Below the pieces are notes generated by a model. That model saw only the letters and a program-made list of their open reading frames with translations. It had not been told where the DNA came from and searched no databases. From an uncultured delta proteobacterium (GTDB taxonomy: Bacteria > Myxococcota_A > Polyangia > Polyangiales > Polyangiaceae): a DNA stretch of 64,000 nucleotides. Shown one piece after another: positions 50,924 to 59,939 of the stretch (the stretch's first letter is position 1; each line of letters starts with the position of its first letter). The translations under genes and the position numbers were made by a program. The stretch is from contig CAWAIF010000003.1 of the NCBI GenBank assembly GCA_963782055.1, positions 544,001-608,000 on the forward strand. Direction: 5' to 3'.

Positions 50924-50942
50924 CGTGCGGGGGGGGTGAGGC

Positions 50943-52322
50943 TCAGGTCTGGACCGGGTTGATGATCCCGGTGATGGGACCGCCGCGGTAGAAGTCCTGC
51001 ACCCTGCGCAGGTCGCCCTTCGCCACGGCGTAGGCTGCCGCGGCCGCCGCGGCCGCCGCGGTGGCGCCGCTGCCCTGGTTGGCCTGGTTGCCCGTCGCCG
51101 GGTCGAAGCCCATGACGGTGCGCTTCGCCGTGACGCCGCCGAACCAGCCCGTCTTCAGGTAGCCGTTGCCGAAGACGTACATCCAGTTGGAGTTCTGGGG
51201 CGTGCCATCGGGCCAGCCGTTGCGGTTGGTCGGGTCCTTCGGCGTGTCGCCGTGGATGGTCATGACGATGCCGTCGGCGAGGGACTTGCCGCAGCCGGAT
51301 GGGTCCGGCGTCGCCGCGCAGTCCGCCATGAAGGCGTCGAAGATCTTCCCGAGCGCGACCACGTTGGCCTGGAGCTGGCCCATGTTGTTGAACGCGCCGT
51401 GCGGGTCGTCGCGCATGGCCGGGATGATGAGCGAGGAGGTGAGACCCAGCTTGAAGGCCTTCGCCGCGGTGCAGAGCGCGCGACCGATCTCGACGATGTT
51501 CGTCTTCGCGCCCGAGATGCCGTATCGCGTGTCGTCCGCCGCGCTGGGCTGGAGCTGGCTGGAGAGGTTCTTGCCCAGCAGGTTGGCGGCGACCTTGCCC
51601 GTGTCGCCCGGCTTCTGCAGCGTCTTGCGGCCGGCCGCGGCGTTCAGGTTGAGGAAGGCGCGGTAGTACGCGTCGTTCAGGTTGGACGCAGCCGGCGACT
51701 GGAGCAGCGTGCGGGAGGCCGCGCTGTTGAAGAGGTCCACCAGGCCGGAGGAGTTGGCCACCGTGGCGACGCCCGGCGCGCCGGGGGCGACACCGAAGAC
51801 GATCGGGTTGACGCCGATGACCGGCAGCAGCGTGGGGTTGGCCTGCTGGATGGCGGCGATGGCCGCGATCATGCCCGTGCCGGTCGAGATCGTCGCGGCC
51901 GACTGCGGCGTCGACGTGTGCGTCTCGTTGTTGCCGGCCATGAAGGCGCTGATCTGCTTCTTCGGCCCGAGCGTCTGGAAGGGCGACTCCGGCGCGTAGA
52001 CGAGCGGCTGGTCGGTGCCGGTGGCCTTCTTCGCCTTGCCGAGCGCGTGGAAGGCGGCGTTGTTGCCGCCGTTGAGCGCGACGTCGGTGTGGGGGAAAAG
52101 GAGCTGGAACCAGGCCAGCCCGCCGTTGCCCGCCACGAGGTGCACCGAGCGGTTCGTCGTCGGGCACGCGACCTGGTCGGCCAGCGCGGTGCCTGCCGTG
52201 TCAGAGACCACGTTCAGGAAGCGAGCTCGCTCGAGGCCGAGAACGGCGGCCACGGTGGCGCTCCACCGGAGGAAGTCGCGCCTGCCGCTTCCGCGAAGGT
52301 CCTTGAGTCGCTGGTCAGCCAT
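50943..52322 (-). CDS. Tat-exported protein, DUF1501/DUF1552-like
   Basis: GRRDFL twin-arginine signal; DDPHG and GDTPK; position next to a DUF1585-like gene. Confidence 0.72.
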   Translation of the reverse strand: MADQRLKDLRGSGRRDFLRWSATVAAVLGLERARFLNVVSDTAGTALADQVACPTTNRSVHLVAGNGGLAWFQLLFPHTDVALNGGNNAAFHALGKAKKATGTDQPLVYAPESPFQTLGPKKQISAFMAGNNETHTSTPQSAATISTGTGMIAAIAAIQQANPTLLPVIGVNPIVFGVAPGAPGVATVANSSGLVDLFNSAASRTLLQSPAASNLNDAYYRAFLNLNAAAGRKTLQKPGDTGKVAANLLGKNLSSQLQPSAADDTRYGISGAKTNIVEIGRALCTAAKAFKLGLTSSLIIPAMRDDPHGAFNNMGQLQANVVALGKIFDAFMADCAATPDPSGCGKSLADGIVMTIHGDTPKDPTNRNGWPDGTPQNSNWMYVFGNGYLKTGWFGGVTAKRTVMGFDPATGNQANQGSGATAAAAAAAAAYAVAKGDLRRVQDFYRGGPITGIINPVQT

Positions 52323-52333
52323 GACGTTTCTCC

Positions 52334-53035
52334 TTACTCGCAGGTGTGAGCAGCCTCGAGGAGGCTTGCGATGGCGATCTGCTGGCCTTCGTCCATGGTC
52401 AGGCCCTGGTTCTGCGCCTCGGTCACGGCGTCGTTGGCGACGTTGACGTGGTCCGGGGTCGCCGGCTTGCCCATCAGACACGATAGACCATCCTGGGTGA
52501 ACTTGCCCTGCCCGTCGACGAGCTGCGTGCCGGGGCACGCGGTCATGTCGAGGGTGCCGTCCTTCATCTTCGTCTGGATCTCCATGGCCGCGGCCACGAA
52601 GATGTCGAACTGCTTGGACAGCGCGGCGGTGGAGGCGATGACCGCCTCCGGAACGCGCCCGGCGTAGTTGGAGGTGCCCAGCGCGGCCTTGCCGGTCTTG
52701 TAGAGCTGCGAGGCCGAGTTCTTCTGGGTGGAGCCCAGGTCGACGCCGCGCGACTGCAGGATCGAGCCGAGGCCGTCGTAGGTGATCTTGCTGCAGGAGT
52801 GCAGCCGGGCCACGACCTCAGGGGAGCCGATCTTCTCGTCCTCCGCCTTCACCTCGTTCGGGTCGCTGATGCCGTTCTCGCCCGAGTTGGGATCCTGGAA
52901 GTGGTGCTGCGTGTTGCCGTCCGCGGCCAGGGAGTTGGGGTCGATGTCGCCGATGAGGCGGTCGTTCGGCTCGGTCGCGCAGCCGAGGCTGGCGAGCGTC
53001 GCGCCGATGATCAGGGTCAGAGCCATGCGGTTCAT
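52334..53035 (-). CDS. Hypothetical lipoprotein
   Basis: Lipobox SLGC; four further cysteines; operon context. Confidence 0.8.
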   Translation of the reverse strand: MNRMALTLIIGATLASLGCATEPNDRLIGDIDPNSLAADGNTQHHFQDPNSGENGISDPNEVKAEDEKIGSPEVVARLHSCSKITYDGLGSILQSRGVDLGSTQKNSASQLYKTGKAALGTSNYAGRVPEAVIASTAALSKQFDIFVAAAMEIQTKMKDGTLDMTACPGTQLVDGQGKFTQDGLSCLMGKPATPDHVNVANDAVTEAQNQGLTMDEGQQIAIASLLEAAHTCE

Positions 53036-53054
53036 CGCTGCTATCTCCCTTCCC

Positions 53055-54314
53055 TCAGAACTTCACGAAGTCGTCGGAGGTGAAAATCGTCCGGAGCAGG
53101 TGCTTGACCTTCATGCCGTTCGACTTGAAGTCCTGCAGGAGCGGGTCGGTGACCACCGTGGGGACGGTGGCGAGGTCGTTGACCACGTCGCCGCGAGACA
53201 TGGCGTAGTTCCACTCGCGGGTGACGATGCACCGCGCGACGTCGGGGTTGGCCGCGATGGCCTTGCCCAGGCTCGGCAGGTCGGTGACCGGCACGCCGCT
53301 GCGCCAGGCGAAGGTCTGCTGGCCCGCGGGGAGCCAGTCGTCGATCTGCGAGGTGGGGTTGCCCGCGGAGGGGGTCTGCACCTGGAACTTGGTCGCGTCG
53401 TAGCTGCCCTTGTCGTCGAAGTGGGCGAAGAGCGGCGCGATGTGGTTCAGCGTGGTGTGGCAGTTGGCGCAGATGACGGCCGAGGTGTCCTGGAAGTTGA
53501 TGCGCGCCTTGGGGGAGTTGTCGGCGCCGGTGATGCTGTTGAAGTCCCAGGGGCTCGTGTACGCGCCCAGGCCCATCGGCTTGGGGGTCTGCGTGAACTC
53601 GGCCGGCATCTTGGAGCAGACGAACGTCTCCTGGACGAAGCGCACGCGCCGGAAGGACATGTTGGCGTAGTACTGCGCCATCAGGCCCGGGTCGGTGAGC
53701 AGACCGGCGGTGGGCTGCGAGCCGGGGCAGCTCGCGTCCTGGAACGCGCCGCTCGAGTACGTCGGGCAGGTGGCGGCGGAGGCGGTGAAGAGGTCGGTGT
53801 AGGGCCGGTCGTTCACCACGACCTCGGCGGCGAAGGTGGCCGCCGCGTCGAAGTCGGGCATGCCCTTGCCCGTCGGCATCCCTGCGGCGCCCGTCTTCAG
53901 CGTGTCGCGCCACCACTGGATCTGCTTGTCGGTGAAGCGCGGGTCGGCGAGCAGCGCGTCGATCTTCGCCTCGTAGGTCGCCTTCGGGTCCTGCGCGGAG
54001 GCGATGGCCTGGATGTCGGCCAGGTTGGGGAGCTCACCCACCAGCTTGAGGCTGGCGGTGCGGAGCGCCTCGCCGTAGTCCACCTTGCGGTTGTCCAGGT
54101 TGCCGGTGTCGCCGGCGCCACCCGTCCCGCCGGCGCTGCCCGCGGGCGGCGGTGTGCCGCCCGGGCCAGGGCTGTTCGGGTCCTGGCCCGTGGCCGGCCC
54201 GACGCCCGGGTCGTACGTCCCGTCCAGCACGTTGGGGTTCGAGTTGCCGCACGCCGAGACCGCGACCGCGAGGCCGACCGCTGCAAGGCCGTACGCGAGT
54301 TTGCTCTGTCGCAT
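53055..54314 (-). CDS. Heme-c lipoprotein with DUF1588/DUF1585-like C-terminal region
   Basis: Lipobox VSAC; CANCHTTLNHIAPLFAHFDDKG; DFKSNGMKVKHLLRTIFTSDDF. Confidence 0.78.
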   Translation of the reverse strand: MRQSKLAYGLAAVGLAVAVSACGNSNPNVLDGTYDPGVGPATGQDPNSPGPGGTPPPAGSAGGTGGAGDTGNLDNRKVDYGEALRTASLKLVGELPNLADIQAIASAQDPKATYEAKIDALLADPRFTDKQIQWWRDTLKTGAAGMPTGKGMPDFDAAATFAAEVVVNDRPYTDLFTASAATCPTYSSGAFQDASCPGSQPTAGLLTDPGLMAQYYANMSFRRVRFVQETFVCSKMPAEFTQTPKPMGLGAYTSPWDFNSITGADNSPKARINFQDTSAVICANCHTTLNHIAPLFAHFDDKGSYDATKFQVQTPSAGNPTSQIDDWLPAGQQTFAWRSGVPVTDLPSLGKAIAANPDVARCIVTREWNYAMSRGDVVNDLATVPTVVTDPLLQDFKSNGMKVKHLLRTIFTSDDFVKF

Positions 54315-54352
54315 CGTCTCCCTTCCTTTCCCGTCTCGTCGTCCCATCGGAA

Positions 54353-55528
54353 TCACTCTTTGTTCACCCACGTGAGGATGTTCTGGTAACCGGTCGAGTT
54401 GGTGCTGCCGAAGACCTGCACCGGGTGGTTCACCTGCTTCAGCGGCGCGAGCAGGATGTTGCTCTGCGTCTTGTTGGCGGTGTTCACCTGGGTCCGCGCC
54501 TGGGTGCAGGCGGTGTTGTAGTCGGGGCTGCCGCCGGTGAGCTTGGTCAGGTCCAGCGCGGAGGTGGCCTGCGAGTTGTTGCCGCCGTGGCAGCTCGTGC
54601 ACGAGTTCATCAGCGTGGGGGCGGCGCTCGCCTTGAACGTGCCGACGTCCTTGCACGTGGTGCCCTGCTGCACGCCGCCGTCCCCGCCGCCGCCGCCGCC
54701 GGTGGACGACTCGATCTTCTGGAAGCCGATCTTCAGCTTGGCGCCGGCCTTCCAGTCGAAGAAGTAGAACACCGGGGCGATCTCGGCGGACTGGCCGGCG
54801 GCCACGGTGAGGTCCAGCGTAGAGTAGTCGGTGTTGTCCACCGGCGGGTCGGTGTCCGGCACCATCGTGAAGACGGGCGAGACGATGTGGACGCCGGCAC
54901 CCGCGGGCGCCACCAGCTGCACGTTGTCGAACTTCAGCGTGGTGCCGAGCTGCGTGGCGGTGAAGGTGATCTTGGCGCCTGCGACGCCCGCCTTGGTCAG
55001 GTCCACGCTGCCGGACATCGGGTCGACCGGGTCGCTCGCGGGCAGCGGGATGGCGGCGATGTCCAGGGCCTCCGCGGTGAGCCAGGTGGTCACCTTCTGG
55101 GCGAGGTCGGCGTTGTTGGCGTCGACGAGGCTGGAAGAGGGGTGGTCGGAGGGGCGGCCGAGGAGCTTGCTCGCGTAGACGTCAGCGACGACGAAGCCCG
55201 GGTAGGCCTTGATGGTCTTGTAGGTGTCGGGGCCCTCGAGCCACTTCGGCGCGTTGTTGGCGCCGGTCGAGTGGCAGCTCCCGCAGGCCTTCACCAGGTC
55301 GGGCTCCAGGTCGCGGTACAGCCTCTCCGCCAGGGGGGGCTGCGGGCCGCCGTCGGCGTTGTAGGTCGGGCCGCCACCGCCGTTGCCCCAGCCGCCGCCG
55401 CCGCTGCCGTTGTCGGTGAAGTCCCCGCCACCGAGGAGGCTGTTGCCGGACGGGCCGCACGCCACCGCGGCGCCGGCGCAGAGGGCGACTCCCCCCAGCA
55501 GGGCGGCGAGCTTTGCGGTTGCGTTCAT
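54353..55528 (-). CDS. Di-heme cytochrome c lipoprotein (two cytochrome domains around a beta-rich domain)
   Basis: Lipobox AVAC; CGSCH and CTSCH; alternative GTG start at 55540. Confidence 0.82.
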   Translation of the reverse strand: MNATAKLAALLGGVALCAGAAVACGPSGNSLLGGGDFTDNGSGGGGWGNGGGGPTYNADGGPQPPLAERLYRDLEPDLVKACGSCHSTGANNAPKWLEGPDTYKTIKAYPGFVVADVYASKLLGRPSDHPSSSLVDANNADLAQKVTTWLTAEALDIAAIPLPASDPVDPMSGSVDLTKAGVAGAKITFTATQLGTTLKFDNVQLVAPAGAGVHIVSPVFTMVPDTDPPVDNTDYSTLDLTVAAGQSAEIAPVFYFFDWKAGAKLKIGFQKIESSTGGGGGGDGGVQQGTTCKDVGTFKASAAPTLMNSCTSCHGGNNSQATSALDLTKLTGGSPDYNTACTQARTQVNTANKTQSNILLAPLKQVNHPVQVFGSTNSTGYQNILTWVNKE

Positions 55529-55552
55529 GACCAGCCTCACGCTGACCTCTAA

Positions 55553-55569
55553 TGCACGGCTGGGGCCAA
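55553..55569 (-). promoter_or_regulatory. Candidate sigma54 promoter of the minus-strand cytochrome operon
   Basis: Minus strand reads TTGGCCCCAGCCGTGCA (GG-N10-GC), 25 bp upstream of ATG 55528. Confidence 0.5.
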
Positions 55570-55818
55570 GGATCAGGCGCTTGAAATCACTGAGAAAATG
55601 GCGTGCCTACATGTGGGCTCCTGGGTCGGGTGGATCACCCATGACTCGCCCTTTCGGTCCATCCCCTCCCAAGACCGGAGATGTCGCATGATGTCGGACA
55701 GTTGGGCGCCCGCACCCCTCTGGGGGTCCACCCCCCAGCTCGTTGGGCGCGTCCGATTGTCAGCCTGCTAGCGATCGAACGAGGGCGCGTGGGGCTGGTG
55801 GGGATGCCCGGCGGCCCG

Positions 55819-57324
55819 TCACTGCCCGGTCGTGCGGGCGCGGAGCAAGCGGGCCGCTTCGGGGTATGCCGCGTTGTCCGGGTACGCCTTCGCCAGCTTC
55901 TCGTAGGCGTCTGCCGCCTCGACGTAGTGCCCGGAGGCGGCCAGGTCGGCGGCCTCGCGCTCCAGCGTCATCTGGCCGGGCTTGAGTTGCTTGTGGTGGG
56001 TCGGCTCGGGGGGCGGCGTGGTGGCGGTGGTCGTCGTCGTCGCGACGACTGGAGGAGCGGTCTCGGTGTCGGACGGCGCGGGGCCTCCGGAGACCACCTC
56101 GGTCGGCGCGGAGCTGGCGCTGGGGGCAGCGCTCGCCGAGCTGCTGGCGCTCGCGCTGGCGACCGGCTTGCTGCGGTGGTGCCGCACCGGCTGGGGGCCA
56201 GGGTCGGTGAGCAGGATGTACGCGCACACCGCGACGCCCGGGAAGGTGCCGATGATGATCTTGCGGGGAATGGACATCTGGTTCCATTCCGACTTGGTCC
56301 GGGCCCAGAGGGCCTTGATCGACTTGTCGTCCGCGGCGGGAGTCTGGATGCGGCCGGTGGGGGGCCCGGGCTGGGCGGCGCCGGGGTTGTAGCCCGGCGG
56401 CATGCCCTGCATGGGCATCCCCTGTGGCATGCCCTGCATGGGCATCCCCTGCATCCCCTGCATGGGCATCCCCGGCGGCATGCCCTGCATGGGCATCCCC
56501 TGTGGCATGCCTGGCTGCATCCCGGGCATGCCTGGCTGCATCCCGGGCTGTTGCATCCCGGGCATCCCGGGTTGCATCCCGTCCTGCGGGTAGCCGTACT
56601 GGCCCGGTGCCGGCGTCATGGCCACCTGGACGCTCCCGTACGCCTGGTAGGTCGCCTGGGGGGGCGGGGGCGCGGGCGCCTGCGGCGGCGCGCCGACCGT
56701 GGTGCTGGAGGGTGGGGGCAGATTGGGGGAGGGCGGAGCGAAGTAGGGGTTAGCGGCCGGGGCCCCGGCCGCCGGACGCGCCTTGGGGATGGGCGCCGCG
56801 GGCGCGCGCTTGGGCTCGAGCGGAGCTACCAGGGTGGGATTGGGGTCTCGCGTCAGCGGAGCGAAGCGGGTCGACTCGTCGTCGAGCTGCTGCCGGTTGG
56901 AGAACGCGCCCGCTCCCGGACGGAAGGCAGGCGGCCCTGGCGGAACCTTGATGGGCGCCGCGATGGTCTTGTCGTCCTCGTCCAGCATGTCGGCGTCGAG
57001 CTCTTCCTCGAGCGTCCGGTAGACGAGCCGCGCGCGGCCGAGCTCGATCGTGCAGGGGATCTCCAGCTGCTGCCACTGCGGGCCGATCGCCTGACCATTG
57101 CCCTTGGCCGGGTTGCCCGGGTCGGCGCTCTGCATGAAGAGCACACGTCCGTCGAAGTAGACGTAGGCGTGGACGTCCAGCACGCCCGGCGCATCCAGCG
57201 GCCACATCCCCGAGCGACCCACGCTCGTCGGCGACACGACCTCGCCCGGTTTGAGCTCGAGGATCGGACGCTGGGAGGTGCCGGCGCGCACCTCCACCAC
57301 TCGGACGGCTGTGGCTTCAGGCAT
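55819..57324 (-). CDS. FHA-like domain - Pro/Gln/Met/Gly linker - TM - periplasmic TPR-like protein
   Basis: SVGRSG..VLDVHA FHA-like N-terminus; PQGMPMQGM repeats; one TM; ATGCCTGA overlap with the upstream ATPase. Confidence 0.78.
   Translation of the reverse strand: MPEATAVRVVEVRAGTSQRPILELKPGEVVSPTSVGRSGMWPLDAPGVLDVHAYVYFDGRVLFMQSADPGNPAKGNGQAIGPQWQQLEIPCTIELGRARLVYRTLEEELDADMLDEDDKTIAAPIKVPPGPPAFRPGAGAFSNRQQLDDESTRFAPLTRDPNPTLVAPLEPKRAPAAPIPKARPAAGAPAANPYFAPPSPNLPPPSSTTVGAPPQAPAPPPPQATYQAYGSVQVAMTPAPGQYGYPQDGMQPGMPGMQQPGMQPGMPGMQPGMPQGMPMQGMPPGMPMQGMQGMPMQGMPQGMPMQGMPPGYNPGAAQPGPPTGRIQTPAADDKSIKALWARTKSEWNQMSIPRKIIIGTFPGVAVCAYILLTDPGPQPVRHHRSKPVASASASSSASAAPSASSAPTEVVSGGPAPSDTETAPPVVATTTTTATTPPPEPTHHKQLKPGQMTLEREAADLAASGHYVEAADAYEKLAKAYPDNAAYPEAARLLRARTTGQ
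56395..56582 (-). repeat. Coding tandem repeat (PGMQ / PQGMPMQGM)
   Basis: Repeated ggcatgccctgcatgggcatccc units, in frame. Confidence 0.9.
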
Positions 57325-58462
57325 GGGTTGACTGGACTGGACCCCGCTTGGCAGCATCGTACATCGACGCCGGAAGGTCCAGCCCGTGCTCGTGCACCTG
57401 CTCGAGGGCTCTCGGGAGAATTCCCGATGGAACGAACGTGCTGAGCACCTCTCCCTTGGGTCCGAGACCTTGATACTGACGGACGAAGACGTCCTGCACC
57501 TGGTAGGTCTCGGTCTGTAGATCGAAGCCGAGCACCTCGGTGATGTGGGTGATCTTGCGCGAGCCGTCCTGCAGGCGTGACGTCTGCACGATCAGGTTGA
57601 CCGCGCTGGCGAGCTGGATGCGCATGGCGAGCAGCGGCATGTCGACGTCGCTCATCATGGCCATCGTCTCCAGGCGCGAGAGCGTGTCGCGGGGGTAGGT
57701 GGCGTGGAGCGTGGAGAGGCAGCCGCCGTGGCCAGAGGTCATCGCCTGGATGAGGTCGAGCGCCTCGCCGCCGCGGATCTCCCCGACGACGATGCGGTCC
57801 GGCCGCATGCGGAGCGTGGCGCGGAAGAGGTCGCGGATGCCGACCTCGCCGCGGCCCTTCGGGTCCGGCGGGCGCGCCTCCAGCTGCACGACGTGATCGC
57901 GCTGGAGCTGGAGCTCGCGCGAGTCCTCGATGACGACCACACGCTCGCCGTTGGGAATGAAGGAGGAGAGGGCGTTGAGCATCGAGGTCTTCCCCGAGCC
58001 GGTGCCGCCCGCCACGAGGATGTTGAGCTTGGAGGCGACGAGCGCATGGAGCGCCGCCGCCGAGTCGTCGGTCATGGCGCCGAAGCCGATGAGGCGCTCG
58101 ACGGTGAGCGTCTCCTTGAAGAATCGGCGGATGGAGACGTGCGGTCCGTCCGGCGCCGCGGGTGGGAGCACCGCCTCCACGCGGGAGCCGTCGGGGAGGC
58201 GGCCTTCCAGGATGGGTCGCATCTCGTCCACGTGCTTGCCGACGAACTGCGCCATGTTGCGCAGCGCCGCGGTGAGCGCCTCGCGGCTCTCGAACTTGAC
58301 CGGAATGAGCTCCAGCTTGCCCTTGCGCTCGACGTAGATCTGGTTCGGGCCGTTGATCATCACCTCGCTCACCGCGGGGTCCTCGAGGTAGGCGCGCACC
58401 GGCCCCAAAAACTGAAGGATGGTCTCTTCGAAGACTTCTTTGGGGATGATGTTGGTGCTCAT
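57317..58462 (-). CDS. cpaF: CpaF/TadA family ATPase (second copy, short N-terminus)
   Basis: [26 protein letters not shown] and SGHGGCLSTLHA. Confidence 0.93.
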   Translation of the reverse strand: MSTNIIPKEVFEETILQFLGPVRAYLEDPAVSEVMINGPNQIYVERKGKLELIPVKFESREALTAALRNMAQFVGKHVDEMRPILEGRLPDGSRVEAVLPPAAPDGPHVSIRRFFKETLTVERLIGFGAMTDDSAAALHALVASKLNILVAGGTGSGKTSMLNALSSFIPNGERVVVIEDSRELQLQRDHVVQLEARPPDPKGRGEVGIRDLFRATLRMRPDRIVVGEIRGGEALDLIQAMTSGHGGCLSTLHATYPRDTLSRLETMAMMSDVDMPLLAMRIQLASAVNLIVQTSRLQDGSRKITHITEVLGFDLQTETYQVQDVFVRQYQGLGPKGEVLSTFVPSGILPRALEQVHEHGLDLPASMYDAAKRGPVQSTHA

Positions 58463-59061
58463 GGGACTTCCTTCAGTAGTGAAGCACGTGCTTCGTCGGC
58501 GTGCTCGCCCGATGGCGCGAGGCGCAGGTACTCGCGGAACTGGCCGTCGGCCCCCACCGCATCCTTGAGCTCGTCGCGCAGCAGCACGGCGAGCGCCCAG
58601 TGCGGGTCAGCCTTGTCCGGCTCTGCCGCGACCACCCACTCCAGCTCGCTGCGCGCGCGGGCAGAGTCGCCCACGGCCGAGTACAGCGTGCCGAGCAGGA
58701 AGCGCGTCTTGACGTCGCTCGGGTGCTTCTGGACGTACGGCTCGGCGTACTGGATGGCCGAGCGGTAGCGGCCGTCGTGCACGCACACCCCGATGAGCAG
58801 CGGCACGATGGTCTTCTCGTCGCCGCCGCGGGACATCGCCGCGGCGAGGTACTCCTCCGCGCGCGTGGTGTCGCCGACCGAAGCGTACGCCTTGCCGGCC
58901 GCGAAGAGCTTCTCCGGCGTCTCCTCGCGGCGCATCGTCTCGACCGCCTTGGCGGGGTCCGCGTGGTGCGCGGGGGCCCCGCACGCGGTCAGGCCCGCCA
59001 GCGCGAGCGCCGCGACGGATCCCCGGAGTCTCCCGGTCCTGGCGGTTCCTGGACGAGACAT
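58459..59061 (-). CDS. TPR lipoprotein (TadD/pilotin-like)
   Basis: Lipobox LTAC; TPR repeats; Tad context. Confidence 0.78.
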   Translation of the reverse strand: MSRPGTARTGRLRGSVAALALAGLTACGAPAHHADPAKAVETMRREETPEKLFAAGKAYASVGDTTRAEEYLAAAMSRGGDEKTIVPLLIGVCVHDGRYRSAIQYAEPYVQKHPSDVKTRFLLGTLYSAVGDSARARSELEWVVAAEPDKADPHWALAVLLRDELKDAVGADGQFREYLRLAPSGEHADEARASLLKEVP

Positions 59062-59065
59062 CCCC

Positions 59066-59926
59066 TCACGAAGGCGCGCGCCCAAGCTTCTGCTTGAGCT
59101 CGCGGTCGAGGGCGTGCAGGTAGTCGATGTAGGGGCCCTGCTTGTCGGCGAGGAGCTCGAGGAGCGTCTTCACCTCCTTGCGGGCCGTCTCCATGTCCTT
59201 GACGGTGAGGGCGTGCTGCAACCGCATGCGCCGCGTGCGGTAGTCGTCGTCCATCTCGGCGCGCAGCTCCTTGGCGGCGTCCTGCGACTGGGTGGCGCTG
59301 GTCTTGTCGCCGCCCTTCTCGTAGCAGGCGGCCGCCTGCTCGTAGAGCGGCACGGCGTCGACACCGTCGCGGACGTGGAACATGCGCCGCTCGCGCTTGG
59401 AGTCGGCCATGATGCGCTTCTCGTTCGCCAGGTTCACCGCCTGCTCGCCGGACTTGGCGCACGTCGTCGGCGCGGGCTCCCAGAGCTTCGGCGCGTCCTT
59501 CGGCTCCGGCATCCCCTGCTCCTGGTCGGCGAAGAGGAGGGTGTACGCGCCGAACGCCACCGCGACGAGCGCCGCGAGGATGAGCATCGGGTTGGTCTTC
59601 TGCTTCGGCTTGGAGGAGACGTTGACGCCCTCGCCCACCAGCGAGACCAGCATCTGCGTGCCGGTCACGCCCAGCACGGCGTCCGGCGGCAGCGGCGCCT
59701 GCTGGAAGGGGACGTTGGCGATCGTCGGCTGAGGCTCGAAGCTGAGCGCCTGGGCGAAGACGCCGCCGGCGCCGACGGTGATCAGGATGTGCTCCACCTG
59801 GGCCTGGTCGATCGGGAGGCGAATCTCGCAGTGCGCGCCGCTGCCGATGAGGGCGCGCTCCGCCTCGACGGTGACCTGCTCCTGGCGGCCGTTGGCGTGC
59901 TGGATCTGGAAGCGCAGGATGCTCAC
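59066..59926 (-). CDS. FHA-like domain - TM - periplasmic helical protein
   Basis: LIGSGAHCEIRL...EH FHA-like pattern lacking the canonical GR arginine; one TM. Confidence 0.75.
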   Translation of the reverse strand: MSILRFQIQHANGRQEQVTVEAERALIGSGAHCEIRLPIDQAQVEHILITVGAGGVFAQALSFEPQPTIANVPFQQAPLPPDAVLGVTGTQMLVSLVGEGVNVSSKPKQKTNPMLILAALVAVAFGAYTLLFADQEQGMPEPKDAPKLWEPAPTTCAKSGEQAVNLANEKRIMADSKRERRMFHVRDGVDAVPLYEQAAACYEKGGDKTSATQSQDAAKELRAEMDDDYRTRRMRLQHALTVKDMETARKEVKTLLELLADKQGPYIDYLHALDRELKQKLGRAPS

Positions 59927-59939
59927 GGGGCCTCTAGGG

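Noticed and set aside
56395..56582. Possible CRISPR or non-coding repeat
   Set aside because: In-frame coding repeat within a membrane protein gene; no spacers.
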